64,000 nucleotides of DNA, from positions 70,866,001-70,930,000 of the forward strand of contig OZ024743.1 of the NCBI GenBank assembly GCA_964016885.1, given 5' to 3'. The notes beneath the pieces were generated by a model that saw only the letters and a list, made by a program, of their open reading frames with translations, was not told the origin of the DNA and did not search any database. The stretch comes from Eledone cirrhosa (taxonomy: Eukaryota). The translations under genes were made by a program, and so were the position numbers. Below, piece after piece: positions 1 through 12,669 of the stretch; position 1 is the first letter of the stretch; every line of letters begins with the position of its first letter.

Positions 1-1212
1 ATGAGACAAGTCAGACCCAGAAACAACATCATGTTCATATGGAGTTGTATTTTGAATTGGTTTCTGTGGCTGGGTACCCTTCCTAACAACTACTATGTTA
101 CAGTGTGGTCTCTCTGCTTTTTATTATGACACTGAAACGACCACATTACAGGGTGAACTGGACACTTTTTGTTGTCACCAGCAAGACCACCTTACAGCAT
201 TGACTGGGTGTTTTTGTCGTCTCACCAGCATGACCAACTTAGAATGTGGACTGGGTGCTTTTTGTTGTGTTACCAGCACAACTACTTCACAATGTGGACT
301 GGGTGCTTTTTGTTGTGTCACCAGCACAACCACCCCACAATGTGGACTGGGTGCTATTTATTGTGTCACCAGCACAACCACCTCACAATGTGGACTGGGT
401 GCTATTTATTGTGTCACCAGCACAACCACCTCACAATGTGGACTGGGTGCTATTTATTGTGTCACCAGCACAACCACCTCACAATGTGGACTGGGTGCTA
501 TTTATTGTGTCACCAGCACAACCACCTCACAATGTGGACTGGGTGCTATTTATTATGTCACCAGCACAACCACCTCACAATGTGGACTGGGTGCTATTTA
601 TTGTGTCACCAGCACAACCACCTCACAATGTGGACTGGGTACTATTTATTGTGTCACCAGCACAACCACCTCACAATGTGGACTGGGTGCTATTTATTGT
701 GTCACCAGCACAACCACCTCACAATGTGGACTGGGTGCTATATATTGTGTCACCAGCACAACCACCTCACATACTGAACTGAGTGTTCTTGTTGTTGTGG
801 CACCAGATCAGTGTTCAAGGTGGACTTTGTGGTTTTTTGTCATGGCAATGATATTGTGGGAGACCAGATGTTGAGTGGTCCAACATCTTTTGTGGGTTGG
901 TCAGGTGAGCTGTATCAGGGCGGGAGTGGGTTGGGGACAGGTAAGCAAGTTCAACATCCATTTGGTGTGTGGGGTATTTAGCAGGTATGAGCGAGGTTTT
1001 AAAGTATGTAGGAGTGGGGAGAATTGGTGCAGACTAGAGTGTCCTCTACGTGTTTGTTTCATTTTATTTTGTGCATATGGGAAGCGAGTTCTTCTGCAGT
1101 ACAGTATGGCGCCAGAGATCTTTATCTTGTGTCATCTCTTTTATGAGGTTTAATTGGGCATAGTCAGCTTTTATCTCTTCATACCAAATTTTCCTCTCTT
1201 CCTCTTCCATAT
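1..1212 (-). mobile_element. Decayed RTE LINE 3' end (ORF C-terminus plus expanded 3'UTR)
   Basis: The minus strand of 1064-1210 reads RKIWYEEIKADYAQLNLIKEMTQDKDLWRHTVLQK, matching the intact RTE C-terminus RKTWDELINSDLTHLHLSKTMSLDRDLWRYSVTEK. Positions 60-105 are the reverse complement of the RTE 3'UTR motif GTTAGGAAGGGCATCCAGC. Confidence 0.8.
100..790. repeat. 48-bp tandem array derived from the RTE 3'UTR unit
   Basis: Unit TGTGGACTGGGTGCTATTTATTGTGTCACCAGCACAACCACCTCACAA, about 11 near-identical copies plus degenerate flanking copies. Gives a 16-aa periodicity in all ORF frames. Confidence 0.95.
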
Positions 1213-1961
1213 TTACCCTACACATATATATATACACACACTCACACACATATATTTGTACATGTATATATATGTGTGTGTGCCTTTGTAAATATGTGTA
1301 CATGTATGTGTATATATATATGTGTAGGTGTATATGTATGTGTGTGTGTATATATATGTATATATGTATATATATATGTATGTATTCATTGTGTGTATAT
1401 AACTATATTTACCTATCTCTCACACTCACACACACACACACATATATACACATTACGACTATTATGTGCTCTCCTGTGCTATGTTGCTCTGCTATCATCT
1501 ATTGTAGAGAAAGAATGGTTTAGTACTTACCGTTATTCTTACATAACACAAATGAAACACTAGTGCCAGTATTGGTGCAACTAATATATATTATTCACAC
1601 AACACTAAAGTACCCATTAGTGTTACAGTCTATCATATTAGAGGTTGGACAGCTGGATGGATGGATGGTGGTGGTGGTGGTGGTGGTGGTGGTGATGGTG
1701 GTGCAGGGTTGTTTTATTATTTCTCTCCCTTCAATTTCTTCGTCTTCGTCTTCGTCTTCTTCGTCTTCTTCTTTTTCTTCTTTTTCTTCTTTTTCTTCTT
1801 CTTCTTCTTCTTCTTCTCCCCCCCTCTCTCTCTCGTTGGTCAGCTATTTCAAAGTATATACCAGAATACTACCATAAGTGATAGAATGTGTTAGAAAGAT
1901 ATCTTTAGAGAAAAGGAGGAGGGTTTGGAGGTGAAAAGTTAATTTGTGTTGGACACCCGAC

Positions 1962-2028
1962 GCAACTTGCCTCTAAATGGGACAAACCCGTTTAACCCAT
2001 GCTAGCGTGGAATATGGGCGTTAAATGA

Positions 2029-2070
<42 letters not shown>

Positions 2071-2189
2071 AAAATGGACGTTAAACGAAGATGATGATGA
2101 TGATAAGTGTATATATATATATATATATACACACTTATCATCATCTTCGTTTAACGTCCATTTTCCACGCTAGCATGGGTTAGACGGTT
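1962..2189. mobile_element. RTE 3' tails, including an inverted pair (2068-2167) centred on (AT)n
   Basis: AACCCATGCTAGCGTGGAA..GGACGTTAAACGA(TGA)n tail occurs on both strands. GGAAAATGGACGTTAAACGAAGATGATGAT...ATCATCATCTTCGTTTAACGTCCATTTTCC forms a palindrome. Confidence 0.85.
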
Positions 2190-2253
2190 TATATATAAAT
2201 ATATATATATATACACTTATATATAAATGTATATATATAAATATATATAAATG

Positions 2254-2289
<36 letters not shown>

Positions 2290-2528
2290 AGAGAGAGAGT
2301 GGTGGAAGAGATGTGAAAGTTGGAGAACCATTAACAGTGAATTGCTACTTTTGGTTGTAATGTCAAGTAGTACTTTAGTAGTAGTGTAAATGGCATTATG
2401 GCTCTACTTAAATGTCTTCTCACTCTATCTCTCTCTCTCTCTCTCTCATTCTCTCCCTTTCACTCACTCTACCTCTCTCTCTCATACACAATCTCTCTCA
2501 CTCACTCTCTCTCGCGCACACACTCACT

Positions 2529-2596
<68 letters not shown>

Positions 2597-2621
2597 CTGT
2601 CATCTATCTCTATATATATAT

Positions 2622-2833
2622 ATAGGAACGAGTAGGACACCGACGGCTGAGCTCAAGCCATTTCGACGGCTAATTCTGGACTAAATTTATATTTAGTCGG
2701 GGTCCTACTCGTTCCTATTACCCACTCTACTACCCTAAGTATTGAGTACTCTGGTTCCTTACCACAACTCCTTCGTTATATATATAGTGGGTAATAGTAA
2801 AATGTATGACCCCGACGGCAGAGCTCAAGCCGT
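2622..2833. mobile_element. Penelope-like terminal repeat fragments in inverted arrangement
   Basis: Inverted arms ATAGGAACGAGTAGGACACCGAC / GTCGGGGTCCTACTCGTTCCTAT. Homologous to 8297-8487 and embedded in (AT)n. The family assignment is inferred. Confidence 0.55.
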
Positions 2834-2855
2834 TATATATATATATATATATATA

Positions 2856-3163
2856 CATTTCATTTTCATCATCATTTCATTTTACGTCCGCTTTTCCCTG
2901 CTTGCAAGGGTGGGACGGGAACTGATTCTGGCTTGATTTCTACAGCTGGATGCTCTTCCTAACACCAACCTCATTTACAGTGAGTGTTAGGTGCATTTTT
3001 GCTGTGGCACCTCCAATCATCTCATTTCTACAGCTGAGTAAACTGGAGCAATGTGAAATAAAGTGTCTTGCTCAAGGAAACAACACATCATCCGGTCTGA
3101 GAATTGAACTCACAACCTTTCGATTGCAAGGCCAATGCTCTAACCACTAAGCCATGTGCCTTC
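2856..3163 (-). mobile_element. tRNA-derived CORE-type SINE with RTE-derived tail (SINE-A)
   Basis: Minus strand: A box TGGCTTAGTGG, B box GAGTTCAATTC, CORE-like TCCTTGAGCAAGACACTTTA, then the RTE 3'UTR motif GGTTGGTGTTAGGAAG.GCATCCAGCTGTAGAAA and a (TGA)n tail. Confidence 0.85.
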
Positions 3164-3478
3164 ATATATATATATACATATATACAGACATATATATATA
3201 TATATATATCTACATACATACATGCACTCACACGTATATATAACCCATGAAACCATGGAAAATCGAACATTAAAGGATGATGTGTATATATATGTGTGTG
3301 TGTGTGTGTATAAATAAATGTATATATATATATATATATACATATACACACACATACATATACAAATGTATATATATAGAGAGAGATAGATAGATAGATA
3401 GATAGATAAATAGATATATAGAGAGATAGATAGATATCTTGCAAGCAGGAAATAGCAGATGTAAAATGGTGATGATGA

Positions 3479-3537
<59 letters not shown>

Positions 3538-3577
3538 ATATATTAACAAATGGAAACTATATTTATAAAACCATATT

Positions 3578-3642
3578 TATTTCATTATACATATTTCAAG
3601 GACACTAAAGCAAATTATGGTGTGCTTTCATCAGATAAAATA
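3578..3642 (-). ncRNA. Type I hammerhead ribozyme motif in a Penelope-like terminal repeat (3538-3725)
   Basis: Minus strand: TATTTTAT-CTGATGA-AAGCACACCA..TAGTGTCCTT-GAA-ATATGTAT-A-ATGAAATA. Homologous to 59248-59312. Confidence 0.7.
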
Positions 3643-3787
3643 TAATATAGATCAGTTTTATAAACAAATATTGACATACCCTTAAAGAATGCAACCATGT
3701 CGGTTGGAAGCTCCTGGATAGGGAGTGCTTTATATCAGTTATAAAAATATTTGCTTGTTGTATCCCAACAAATTAAATATAACTTCT

Positions 3788-3876
<89 letters not shown>

Positions 3877-4129
3877 ACACATACAAACGTGTATGCATGT
3901 GTATGTCTTAACATGGTTTCAGAATATTGTCTGAAACCAGTAGAAGAATAAAAGAAATTTACTCCTTCATAATCCACTTTAACTCTATATTTTGTTTCTT
4001 ATAATTATTTTCCATTTTGGCTGTTTTAGTGTAGAAAGCAGCATGAGTTTATCCTAATAATCAAATCATTTCTACAAAAGGTATAATACCACATATGTGG
4101 ATGTGTTAGTGTTTATGAGGGGAGGTTTA

Positions 4130-4850
4130 CTCTAATCAAATCCAGTACCTGACTGTTTGGTTTTATTGATCCTAGAAGGATAATAGGCAGAGTTAATGTT
4201 GGTGGGAATTGAACACAGAACCTTAAAACTTTAATGGTTTCTGATTTAGACATCAAGGTCAGCAATTTTGGGTGAAAGGGAAAGTTGATTAAATCGACCC
4301 CAGTGTGTTACTGGTGCTTTATTTATTGACCCCGTAAGGATGAAAGGTAAAGCTAACTTTGGTGGGATGTGAACTCAGAATGTAAAGGGCTATAACTCTG
4401 TGCCACGAAGCAGGGTGTCTGACGCTCTACCGATTCTGTCAATCGACCAATCCTTTGCCATAATAATATTAATTTCTAATTTAGGTAGGAAGTCAGCAAT
4501 TTTCAGGATGGGGAAAGTAAACTATATTGAACATACTGCTGGTATATTATTTTATTGATGGATTGGCAGTATCGGTAGAGGGTCGGATGCCATGCTTTGA
4601 CGCATAGAGTTACGGCCATTTCCATTCTGAGTTCAAATCCCGCCAAGGTTAACTTTGCTTTTCATCCTTATGGGATCAATAAAATAAAGTACCAATAATG
4701 CCTTGTGCCAAAAGTAGAAAAAATTATTTTATTGATCCCAGAAGGATGAAAGGCAAAATTGACCGTGGCAGGATTTGAACTCAAAACTTAAAAGCATCAC
4801 TTAGTATTTTTCTGATGCTATAATAACTCTGTCCTCAGTGCCATAATAAT
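4130..4850. mobile_element. Cluster of tRNA-derived SINE-B copies on both strands
   Basis: Repeated GGATTGGCAGTATCGGTAGAG..GAGTTCAAATCCCGCC..TTTGCCTTTCATCCTTACGGGGTCGATAAAATAAAGTACCAG blocks, for example 4559-4725 (+) and 4245-4450 (-). Confidence 0.8.
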
Positions 4851-4879
4851 TATAATAATGATAATATTAATGTTGCTTA

Positions 4880-5190
4880 TTATGAGTGTTAAGCTTGCAA
4901 TCAAGGTTGTCAGTTTGATTCCTGGTGTGTGATACATTGTGTCCTTGAGCAAGACACTTTATTTCACGTTGCTCCAGTTTACTCAGCTGTAGAAATGAGC
5001 TCCGACGTCACTGGTGCCAAGCTGTATCGGTCATTGCATTTCCCTTGGACAACATTGGTGGTGTGGAGAGGGGAAACTGATATCTATAGTTGACTGTTGG
5101 TCTTCTACAAACAACCTTGCCCAGGCTTGTGCCTCGAAGGAAGACTTTCTACGTGCAAAACCATGGTCATTCATAACCATAGGGGGCCTA
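4880..5190 (+). mobile_element. CORE-type SINE with alternative tail B
   Basis: Same CORE block as SINE-A (GTCCTTGAGCAAGACACTTTATTTCAC.TTGCTCCAGTTTACTCAGCTGTAGAAATGAG) but a different 3' half, which is shared with 63680-64000. Confidence 0.75.
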
Positions 5191-5847
5191 GATACTACAG
5201 TTAAGTTTATATAAGTATATCTATGAAGCATTGTGAGATACGTGGTTATGATTATTTATGGTAAAGCTGATATAGTGCAAGTTAAAAACAAGAGTTAAAG
5301 TAAGAAAAATAAAACAAAACAATAGTTGACACTTTTAGCATATATTTCATAATACTTTGAGGATAGATTCTCTTTCAAAAGAGAAGAAAAAGTGTGTGAT
5401 GTTGACAACAAGCTGTTTTCTACTGAAAAAGAGCTCCTAACCTCAAAATATTATGAAATATAATGTAAAAGTCTAAATTGTTTTATTTTTTTAACTTTAC
5501 TCTACTCTAGATTTTGCTCTTGTATTTCTAATTTGCATTGTACCATCTTTCCCCACTCATACTCAAGTATAGATATACTTGCGTATGACTGGAGATGGTA
5601 CCTGATTCTCTCTCTCATTCTCTCTCTCTTTCTCTCTCTTTCCTTCTCTCTCTCTCTAGATATATACATATATATATATATATATTTTTTTTTCCAATTA
5701 TCGTGGTAGATGCTGCTCATCTAGGTTGAACTGTCAAGCTACGGGACGCACTGTTTATGCTAGACATAAATAAACGTTACTGCTTGCTTTAAACTATGTC
5801 GATATGAAGAGAGAAAAAGAGTGAGAAATACACGCACGCACGCACGT

Positions 5848-5883
<36 letters not shown>

Positions 5884-5888
5884 ACACA

Positions 5889-5976
<88 letters not shown>

Positions 5977-6394
5977 TGCAATGAGCTTTCTTCCAGCTAA
6001 ATTCACCCACAAAACATTGGTTAGCACATGGTTATAGAACTTTCATGCCCCAGGTGTCACATAATGGTATCGAACCTACAACCACAGGGTTATGAAACAG
6101 ACTTTCTAACCACACAGCCAAACCTGTATCTATGTATATTCTTTTAATTTTTTCTGTTCTTTTACTGGTATCAGTCATTAGACAGTGGCCATTCTGGAGT
6201 AGAACTTTGAAAGGATTTAGTCATCAAATTGACTACTGTACATTTATTTTTCATGTCTTGGTACCTATTTTATCAATCTCTTCTTGTCAAACCACAAAGT
6301 CATGGGGAATAAAGTAACGATGCCAACATAAACCACATCAAGGTTTTTAATGTGTAAATGTAAACCTAGACACAGGCACTTATAGACATACACA

Positions 6395-6440
<46 letters not shown>

Positions 6441-6691
6441 ATCATTCAACATCCATTTTTATGCTAGCAAGTATTCATGCTTACACATATATATGTATTG
6501 TTTTTCAAGCATATATGCATGTCCATTGAGTGTTTATATATAAGAGCAGTAATCTCATATCTATCTATATATATATATATATGTGTGTGTTGGTGTGTTT
6601 GTGTATATATATACATGTGTGTATATGTGTGTGTGTTGGTGTGTTTATGTATATATATATATATACATGTGTGTGTGTTAGTGTGTTTATG

Positions 6692-6724
<33 letters not shown>

Positions 6725-6795
6725 ATGTGTGTATATATATATATGTGTGTGTATGTATATATATATATATATATGTGTGTGTTGGTGTGTTTGTG

Positions 6796-6829
<34 letters not shown>

Positions 6830-7584
6830 AGTGTATATATTTATGTATACATGAGTATATATATATATATGAATATATATGTGTGTATATGTATGTGTAT
6901 ATATATATATAAACACATACAGATATATGGTTGGATAAACAGACAGTCAAATTGATATACACAGGCATATTTACATAGGATATATTGCCTTCCCAAACAT
7001 AACAGCTCCTCTCATCAAGACATCTGTTTGTCTGTCTGTCAGTCTTTTGCTTCCATGGAACCAAAACATTATCTTAAGCCTAATTCTAGCAACTTCCATC
7101 ACAGTATCTCCATATCTACATATAACCACCACCACCACAATACCACAACCTTTTTCTAAACAAACCCTTGTTTTGCTAGGTTTGTATACCATTCCTGTTA
7201 CTATATTTATACAAAGGAGTAATAAAAAATAAAACAACATGAAGGATGTGATCCTACATCTCTTTATTAAGGGTTTCTATAAGGGTCTTGTTAATAGGGC
7301 TTTTTTTATAGTTGGAAGTTCTGGTCTTTAGTCTGTCTCTGATCTCTTTTCTTCTATTACTGGTTTCAGTCATTAGACTGTGGCCATACTGGAGCAGGAT
7401 GGCAACTGAAAGGGATTTTTTTTTGTCAGTTATGTCGCCCCTACTCCTGTGCATTTTTTTTCTAACTCTAGTAACATATATTATTGAACTCATTTTGTCA
7501 AGCTACTAAGTCATGGGTACATAAACATAGGCATTGACATTAACATAGCCACACACAGACACACACACACACACACGCACACGC

Positions 7585-7659
<75 letters not shown>

Positions 7660-7934
7660 CACATATAATTAAGAATAGTTTTCTGAAGAGGAATGGGAAA
7701 GAACCACATTCTCGATGATTTCAAATGAATGAAACAGTTCTAATCCTGTAGAAGTCATTTCTATATCACACCCACACAATATATATATATATATACTGAG
7801 TCCAGATGCATCACTGATTTTTCGTTTTTATACTATTCACACTCTGCGCTGTATGAATATTGAGTGCTAATTTTGGCATACCGCCTATGGAAGCACCATA
7901 GCTACCATTATACACACATATATATATATATATA

Positions 7935-8190
7935 TCATCATCATCGTTTAGCAGCTATCTTCCACGCTAGCATTGACTGGGACCTTTTTACCTTGTTACC
8001 TACACGACTACATTACAGTGTGGACTGCGTTTTTTTGTTGTGACACCTACAGAACCGCATTAGTTTGGACTGGATGTTGTGGTACCAACATAACTTTACA
8101 GAGAAAGGGTGGTGTTGGTGGGAGTGGGAGGATGGAGTAGGGGTAGTGGGTTGGGATGTATATTTGGTTAAGCGGTGCCTGCTTCCTGTG
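7935..8190 (-). mobile_element. RTE 3'UTR fragment
   Basis: Reverse complement of the 3'UTR at 33100-33459 with an internal deletion. Flanked by (AT)n on both sides. Confidence 0.8.
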
Positions 8191-8296
8191 TATATATATA
8201 TATATATATATATATCATGATACATTAACTGAGCCATAGACTCTCGCCATTCCCTGTAAATAATGTGCTAAAAGGAGAGGAAATATATATATATAT

Positions 8297-8487
8297 AACA
8301 AAGGAATTTTGGTAAGGAACCAGATGGACCATAACGCACCAGAGTACTCAATACTTAGGGTAGTAGAGGGGGAAATAAGAAAAAAGTATGACCCCCAACG
8401 GCAGAGCTCAAACCGTTTCGACGGCTATTTCTGAAATAGCCGTCGAAACGGTTTGAGCTCTGCCGTTGGGGTCATACTTTTTCTTAT
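8297..8487. mobile_element. Penelope-like terminal fragment ending in a near-perfect hairpin (8375-8487)
   Basis: Arms of about 56 bp around a 1-nt centre at 8432, differing only in homopolymer lengths. Homologous to 2622-2833. Confidence 0.65.
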
Positions 8488-8679
8488 ATATATATATATA
8501 TATATATATATAAGAAGAAGAAATTAAAAGATGGTTAAAAAAGTTCCATGTATTTTATCAAAAACAAATATCATCTTGTTCAGTGATTGTTATATTTAGG
8601 GGTCATGTTGCCCATATTGCCAATAAAATAAAACACCATATCATTTTCACTTTATCTTTATTGAGTGTGATTCATATAT

Positions 8680-9110
8680 ATCATCATCATCATCATCGTT
8701 TAACGTCTATCTTCCATGCAAGCATGGGTTAGACGTGAATTGTCCCATTTGAGGTAAGATTGGTTGGGTGACCGTGTCTCGCTCATATAGGACTGTCTGG
8801 CAGGTTTTCTACGGTTGGATGCCCTTCCTAACACCAACCACATTTATATATATATATATATATATATGCTGTGTAGGTGTCACGACAAAAAAACACAGTC
8901 CACGCTGTAATGTGGCCGTGTAGGTAACACAGTAAAAACCTCCCAGTCCACACTGTAAACGTGGTTAGTGTTAGGAAGGGCATCCAGCTGTAGAAAACCC
9001 GTCAGACAGTCCTGTACGAGCAAAACAACCAATCTTGCCTCAAGTGGGACAATTCCCGTCCAAACCCATGCAAGTGTGGAAGATGGACGTTAAACGATGA
9101 TGATGATGAT
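8680..9110. mobile_element. Two divergent RTE 3' tails separated by (AT)n (8680-8845 minus, 8868-9110 plus)
   Basis: Both match the RTE 3'UTR at 33200-33459 and end in GACGTTAAACGATGATG. Confidence 0.85.
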
Positions 9111-9310
9111 GGTGGTGGTCTTCTACACATTTCCAATCTACCAAATTTCATGCACAAAACATCGGTTGACCCAAAACTATAACAAAAGACCCTTGTTTAA
9201 GGTGCTCCACTGTGGGATGGAACCTGAAACCACATTGTTGTAAAGTGAGCTTCTTAACTTCACTTTTACTTTTTGTTTTCCATTTACTTATTTATGTACA
9301 GATGATTCTT

Positions 9311-9368
<58 letters not shown>

Positions 9369-9461
9369 TTTTGTTTGAATCCATGTACATGTTTGTACAT
9401 GCGTATGTTTCTGCAGCATTGCTTGTATGCCTGCGCAAGTTTGTGCAATCATGTGTGTATG

Positions 9462-9518
<57 letters not shown>

Positions 9519-9849
9519 TTGAGTGTGGTGATGTGGTTTTGTTTGTATACATTCACACATTTGTGCACATAAGTTTTGTATGTGTTTGTGCAGATATGTG
9601 TGCATGTATATACATATATGTGTGTGTGGTGTGGTGTGTGTGTGTGTGTGTGTGTGTGTAGACTGTGGATGATGGTGTGACACAGGCAATCAGTCGTCAG
9701 CTCTGCTGTAATAACATGAAAGTCAACTCATTTGGTTGAGAGACACCAAAAGAAGAGAAGTGACTCAGTCAGTGTTTGTTCTGTGATCAAACACTGACAA
9801 GATATGATAGAGAAACTCTTCAGCCTCCCTGAGCATGTGAAAACATTTC

Positions 9850-10142
9850 CAGTGTTGCTGCCATGATAAAATACACCCAGTACACTCTGTAAAGTGGTAG
9901 TGTTGGTGCTATGATAGAATACACCCAGTATTCTGTAAAGTGATAATGTTGGTGCTATGATAAAATGCAGTCAGTACATTCTGTAAAGTGGTAGTGCTGT
10001 TGCTATGATAAAATACACCCAGTACATTCTGTAAAGTGGTAGTGCTGTTGCTATGATAAAATACACCCAGTACATTCTGTAAAGTGGTAGTGCTGTTACT
10101 ATGATAAAATGCACCCAGTACATTCTGTAAAGTAGTAGTGCT
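9850..10142 (+). repeat. 48-bp tandem array (RTE 3'UTR-type unit)
   Basis: Unit TGCTATGATAAAATACACCCAGTACATTCTGTAAAGTGGTAGTGCTGT, about 6 copies. It continues degenerately at 10585-10710 beyond a SINE-A insertion. Confidence 0.9.
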
Positions 10143-10157
10143 GATGTTAATATAACA

Positions 10158-10552
10158 TCATTTCATCGTCACCATCATTTTTTTTACGTCTGCTTTTCCC
10201 TGCTTGCAAGGGTGGGACGGGAACTGATTCTGGCTTGATTTCTACAGCTGGATGCCCTTCCTAACACCAACCTCATTTACAGTGAGTGCTGGGTGCTTTT
10301 TTTCCGTGGCGTCTACACGTCCACTTTACAGTGTGGGCTGGGTGCTTTTTTGCCGTGGCACCTCCACGACCACTTTGCAGTGGAATGATAGGGAACCCAG
10401 TCCTATCATCTCATTTCTACAGCTGAGTAAACTGGAGCAATGTGAATTAAAGTGTCTTGCTCAAGGAAACAACACATCACCCGGTCTGAGAATTGAACTC
10501 ACAACCTTTCGGTTGCAAGGCCAATGCTCTAACCACTAAGCCATGTACCTCC
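10158..10552 (-). mobile_element. SINE-A (tRNA head + CORE + RTE tail)
   Basis: Highly similar to 2856-3163, but carries two 48-bp units in the tail. Confidence 0.85.
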
Positions 10553-11437
10553 TCATCAATATAGCAAACTCCGTTAATCGGCAGTGCCGGTACCGCAATA
10601 AAATGCACCTAGTACACACAGTAAAGTGGTATAATGGTTGTGACATGATAAAATGCACCCAGTACACTCTGTAAGGTGGTAGTTATGGTGATGTGATAAA
10701 TTGCACCCAATGTGCCAATGTTAAAAATAATAACAACAATAATAATAATAATAATGATAATTATTATTATTATTACTATTCTATGCTGTCATGTTTATGT
10801 GGGTGATATTGTTACAGGGGTTGGGGAGGGGGGGGTTTCTCCCTTTTAGATGTTGAACTAGATTTTAGTATTTTCTTTCTCTTCTTCTTTCTAAATGGTT
10901 CCTAGTAACATCTGGTACCATTAACAGACTCTACAGACTTTAGCTAAGGTTCTCCATACCAAAACATTCAGAATTAGGGCAATCAGGCTTGTTTTTTGTT
11001 TGTTTGGTTTTGTTTCTATTTTTTGGTTTTGTTTTTTTATGTATTTGCTTAGCTGCTGATTTTGTTTGTATGATTTTTAGCATTGCTGAGTTTATTGAGG
11101 TGTGTGTTTGTGTGTGTGTGCGTCTGTGTTTGTGTGTGTGTGTCTGTGTGTGTGTCTGTATGTGTGTATATTTATATACTAGTCAGTATCTCTGTCTGTA
11201 TGTGTCTGTATGTAGATATATGCTTGTGTATACCTATGTCTATGAGAGAGGGGGGGGGGGCTAAGATTTAGTAGAACACCTCTTCACTTGTCACCTCATT
11301 TGTGAGGTGTAACTTCTTGATGTTGTGTGAAAGAATCTCTGTTTATGTCTTTCTTGGTCATCCTTTTCAGCAGCTCCCTTCCACCTTCTTCACCCAACAA
11401 TCACTATCCATACCAGCGCACTTAAATCTCCCATATG

Positions 11438-11740
11438 CAGGGCAGGATTTAATGGGGTGGGGGGCATAGGGGGAAATTGCCTCCGGGTCCCTTGCAGTGG
11501 TGTCCCCACCAGTGACGGCCATATCAATTTATTTGTGCCCTCAGCTGGGTTTTTAGTTTTAGGATGGTTAAAATGTTTGAACGTAATACCTGTATGTATA
11601 ACTTTACAATTCAAATTACTTGCACCAAGCTAACCTTGATATGTAAAATTGGGAGGTTTGCTGTGTATATTAATTTTTTGTGTATGAGGGACCCCCAAAC
11701 CTGAAGTGCCCCCCCCCCCCCCCATTTAAATCCAGCCCTG
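11438..11740 (+). mobile_element. hAT-type MITE
   Basis: TIRs CAGGGCAGGATTTA / TAAATCCAGCCCTG with a degenerate 8-bp TSD (CCCATATG/CCTGTGTG). Homologous to 38921-39184 and 57715-58020. Confidence 0.75.
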
Positions 11741-12564
11741 CCTGTGTGTTACATCTCATGTCCAGTTTGTTTCTAAGACCATCTGTGCTTCATCATCCAT
11801 ATACATTATTTTTATATATCTAACAGAGCATGCACAAATCATTTTGTTCCAGCCTGTTATATACATATCCAGCATTCACTGCACATGTTTCACTAATATG
11901 CAGCATTGCACTTCTTTTGTTAGTCCCAGGTAGAATCACCCTGTTCTTTTTCTGGCTACAATACTTTCAGAACAACCATCTCTACTACTAAGTCATCTAG
12001 GTCACAGAAGCTCTAGAACCTTCCCTCGATTGCTAAAAAGTATATATCACTATTGCTTTTACTACCATCTACTACATATAAAGTTTATCTTCTTTGTTTC
12101 TTTACCTGTAATCTCACTTCATCTCTTGTATATCCATATTATATATTGAGTACTCCATAGAGAATTTTCACCTACTTTTCTTCTACTTTCAGTTCTCGAA
12201 TAAACCAACACCCACAGCTTATTAATTTTTCAGATATTTTTCCACCTTCCCCAACTCTTAATTTAATGATCTCCCCCTCTGCCACTTATTAAGTTTGGCT
12301 AATCTGTCTCCAGTGAAATCTTATTTTAAGTGGTAGCAATCCTGTGGTAATCAATTTTCTTTATACATTAAAAAACATTATACATGACAAAAAAACGTAC
12401 ATTACTAGAAATCTCATATGTTATAAAATAAATAGGATGGGTTGGGGTCTCAATATGTAAACTAAACGACTAATTCTGGTTTAAAAACAAAAACAACAAA
12501 AACAACCTAGAAAAATTACCAATTCTCCACTCCCCAACTCCATCCCCACTCCCCAATATTTTTT

Positions 12565-12665
12565 ATTTTCAGTACACCATAAAGAATTTCCACCTACTTC
12601 TTTTCTACAAATCAAGCACAACCATTTCCCTGGTGATATCAGAATCCTGTCTTCTTCTTCACCCA
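12565..12665 (-). pseudogene. Relic of the RTE PHD-finger region
   Basis: ISPGKWLCLICRKEVGGNSLWC aligns to VPSGKWSCSVCRKGVGRNSILC of the intact RTE. Confidence 0.7.
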
Positions 12666-12669
12666 CTTA

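Noticed and set aside
95-874. 259-aa repetitive ORF or CRISPR-like array
   Set aside because: A pure 48-bp tandem repeat with no unique spacers and no cas genes. It is open in all frames only because the unit is a stop-free multiple of 3.
3085-3163. tRNA genes at SINE heads (also about 10480-10552 and 57250-57312)
   Set aside because: No proper acceptor stem, and each continues into CORE and tail sequence, so these are SINEs.
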